In this document: positions 56,396 to 56,469 of the stretch, in pieces
Numbering within the stretch: position 1 is the stretch's first letter
Layout: every line of letters begins with the position of its first letter
Source: an uncultured bacterium
GTDB lineage: Bacteria > Abyssobacteria > SURF-5
Assembly: GCA_964607485.1 (NCBI GenBank)
Contig: CAZSKP010000030.1
Location: 1 to 56,469, forward strand
DNA length: 56,469 nt
Direction of reading: 5' to 3'
Notes under the pieces: generated by a model
What the model saw: only the letters and a program-made list of their open reading frames with translations
Database searches by the model: none
What the model was told of the DNA's origin: nothing
Position numbers and translations under genes: made by a program

Positions 56396-56469
56396 AAGAT
56401 GCTCTGCCGTGTAAATTAACAAAAACTTCCTTGACCGCTCCCTCGGCGTGTGGTTCAATGCGCTTGAGT

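Overview
Chromosomal window from a GC-rich, probably anaerobic diderm bacterium; there are no rRNA, tRNA, CRISPR or intact transposase genes. (1) 1-26.2 kb is a surface-polysaccharide/exosortase locus: three GT4s, two deacetylase-like proteins, a CapK-like ligase, FemAB/GNAT, two methyltransferases, exosortase plus EpsI, a ~1240-aa secreted heparinase II/III-like multidomain protein, a GT-C transferase, a Thr-type sulfatase-like protein, a GAF kinase with a sigma-54 response regulator, PilZ, a priming sugar transferase and a small secreted FN3 protein. Two sigma-54 promoters share an upstream motif. (2) 26.3-32.2 kb holds a TetR/acyl-CoA dehydrogenase/ferredoxin/radical SAM operon and an ECF sigma/anti-sigma/Spy-like operon. 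(3) 32.5-41.9 kb holds an ABC-ATPase + TOPRIM pair, an orphan NorQ/NorD-type AAA+/VWA pair, a Nudix hydrolase and convergent DUF2723 (TMEM260-like) and TMTC-like GT-C genes. (4) 42-49.2 kb holds a cytochrome c, cupin, OmpA protein, yggT, rpmB, hisS and aspS. (5) 49.2-53.1 kb is a PerR-type oxidative-stress operon whose ferritin has an in-frame TAA. (6) The end has an acyl-CoA ligase and a NucS-like nuclease between palindromic repeats. The best novelty lead is inferential: the large secreted protein beside the exosortase has no PEP-CTERM but ends in an orphan FN3 A-strand, while the small FN3 protein of the same locus appears to lack that strand, suggesting donor-strand complementation.
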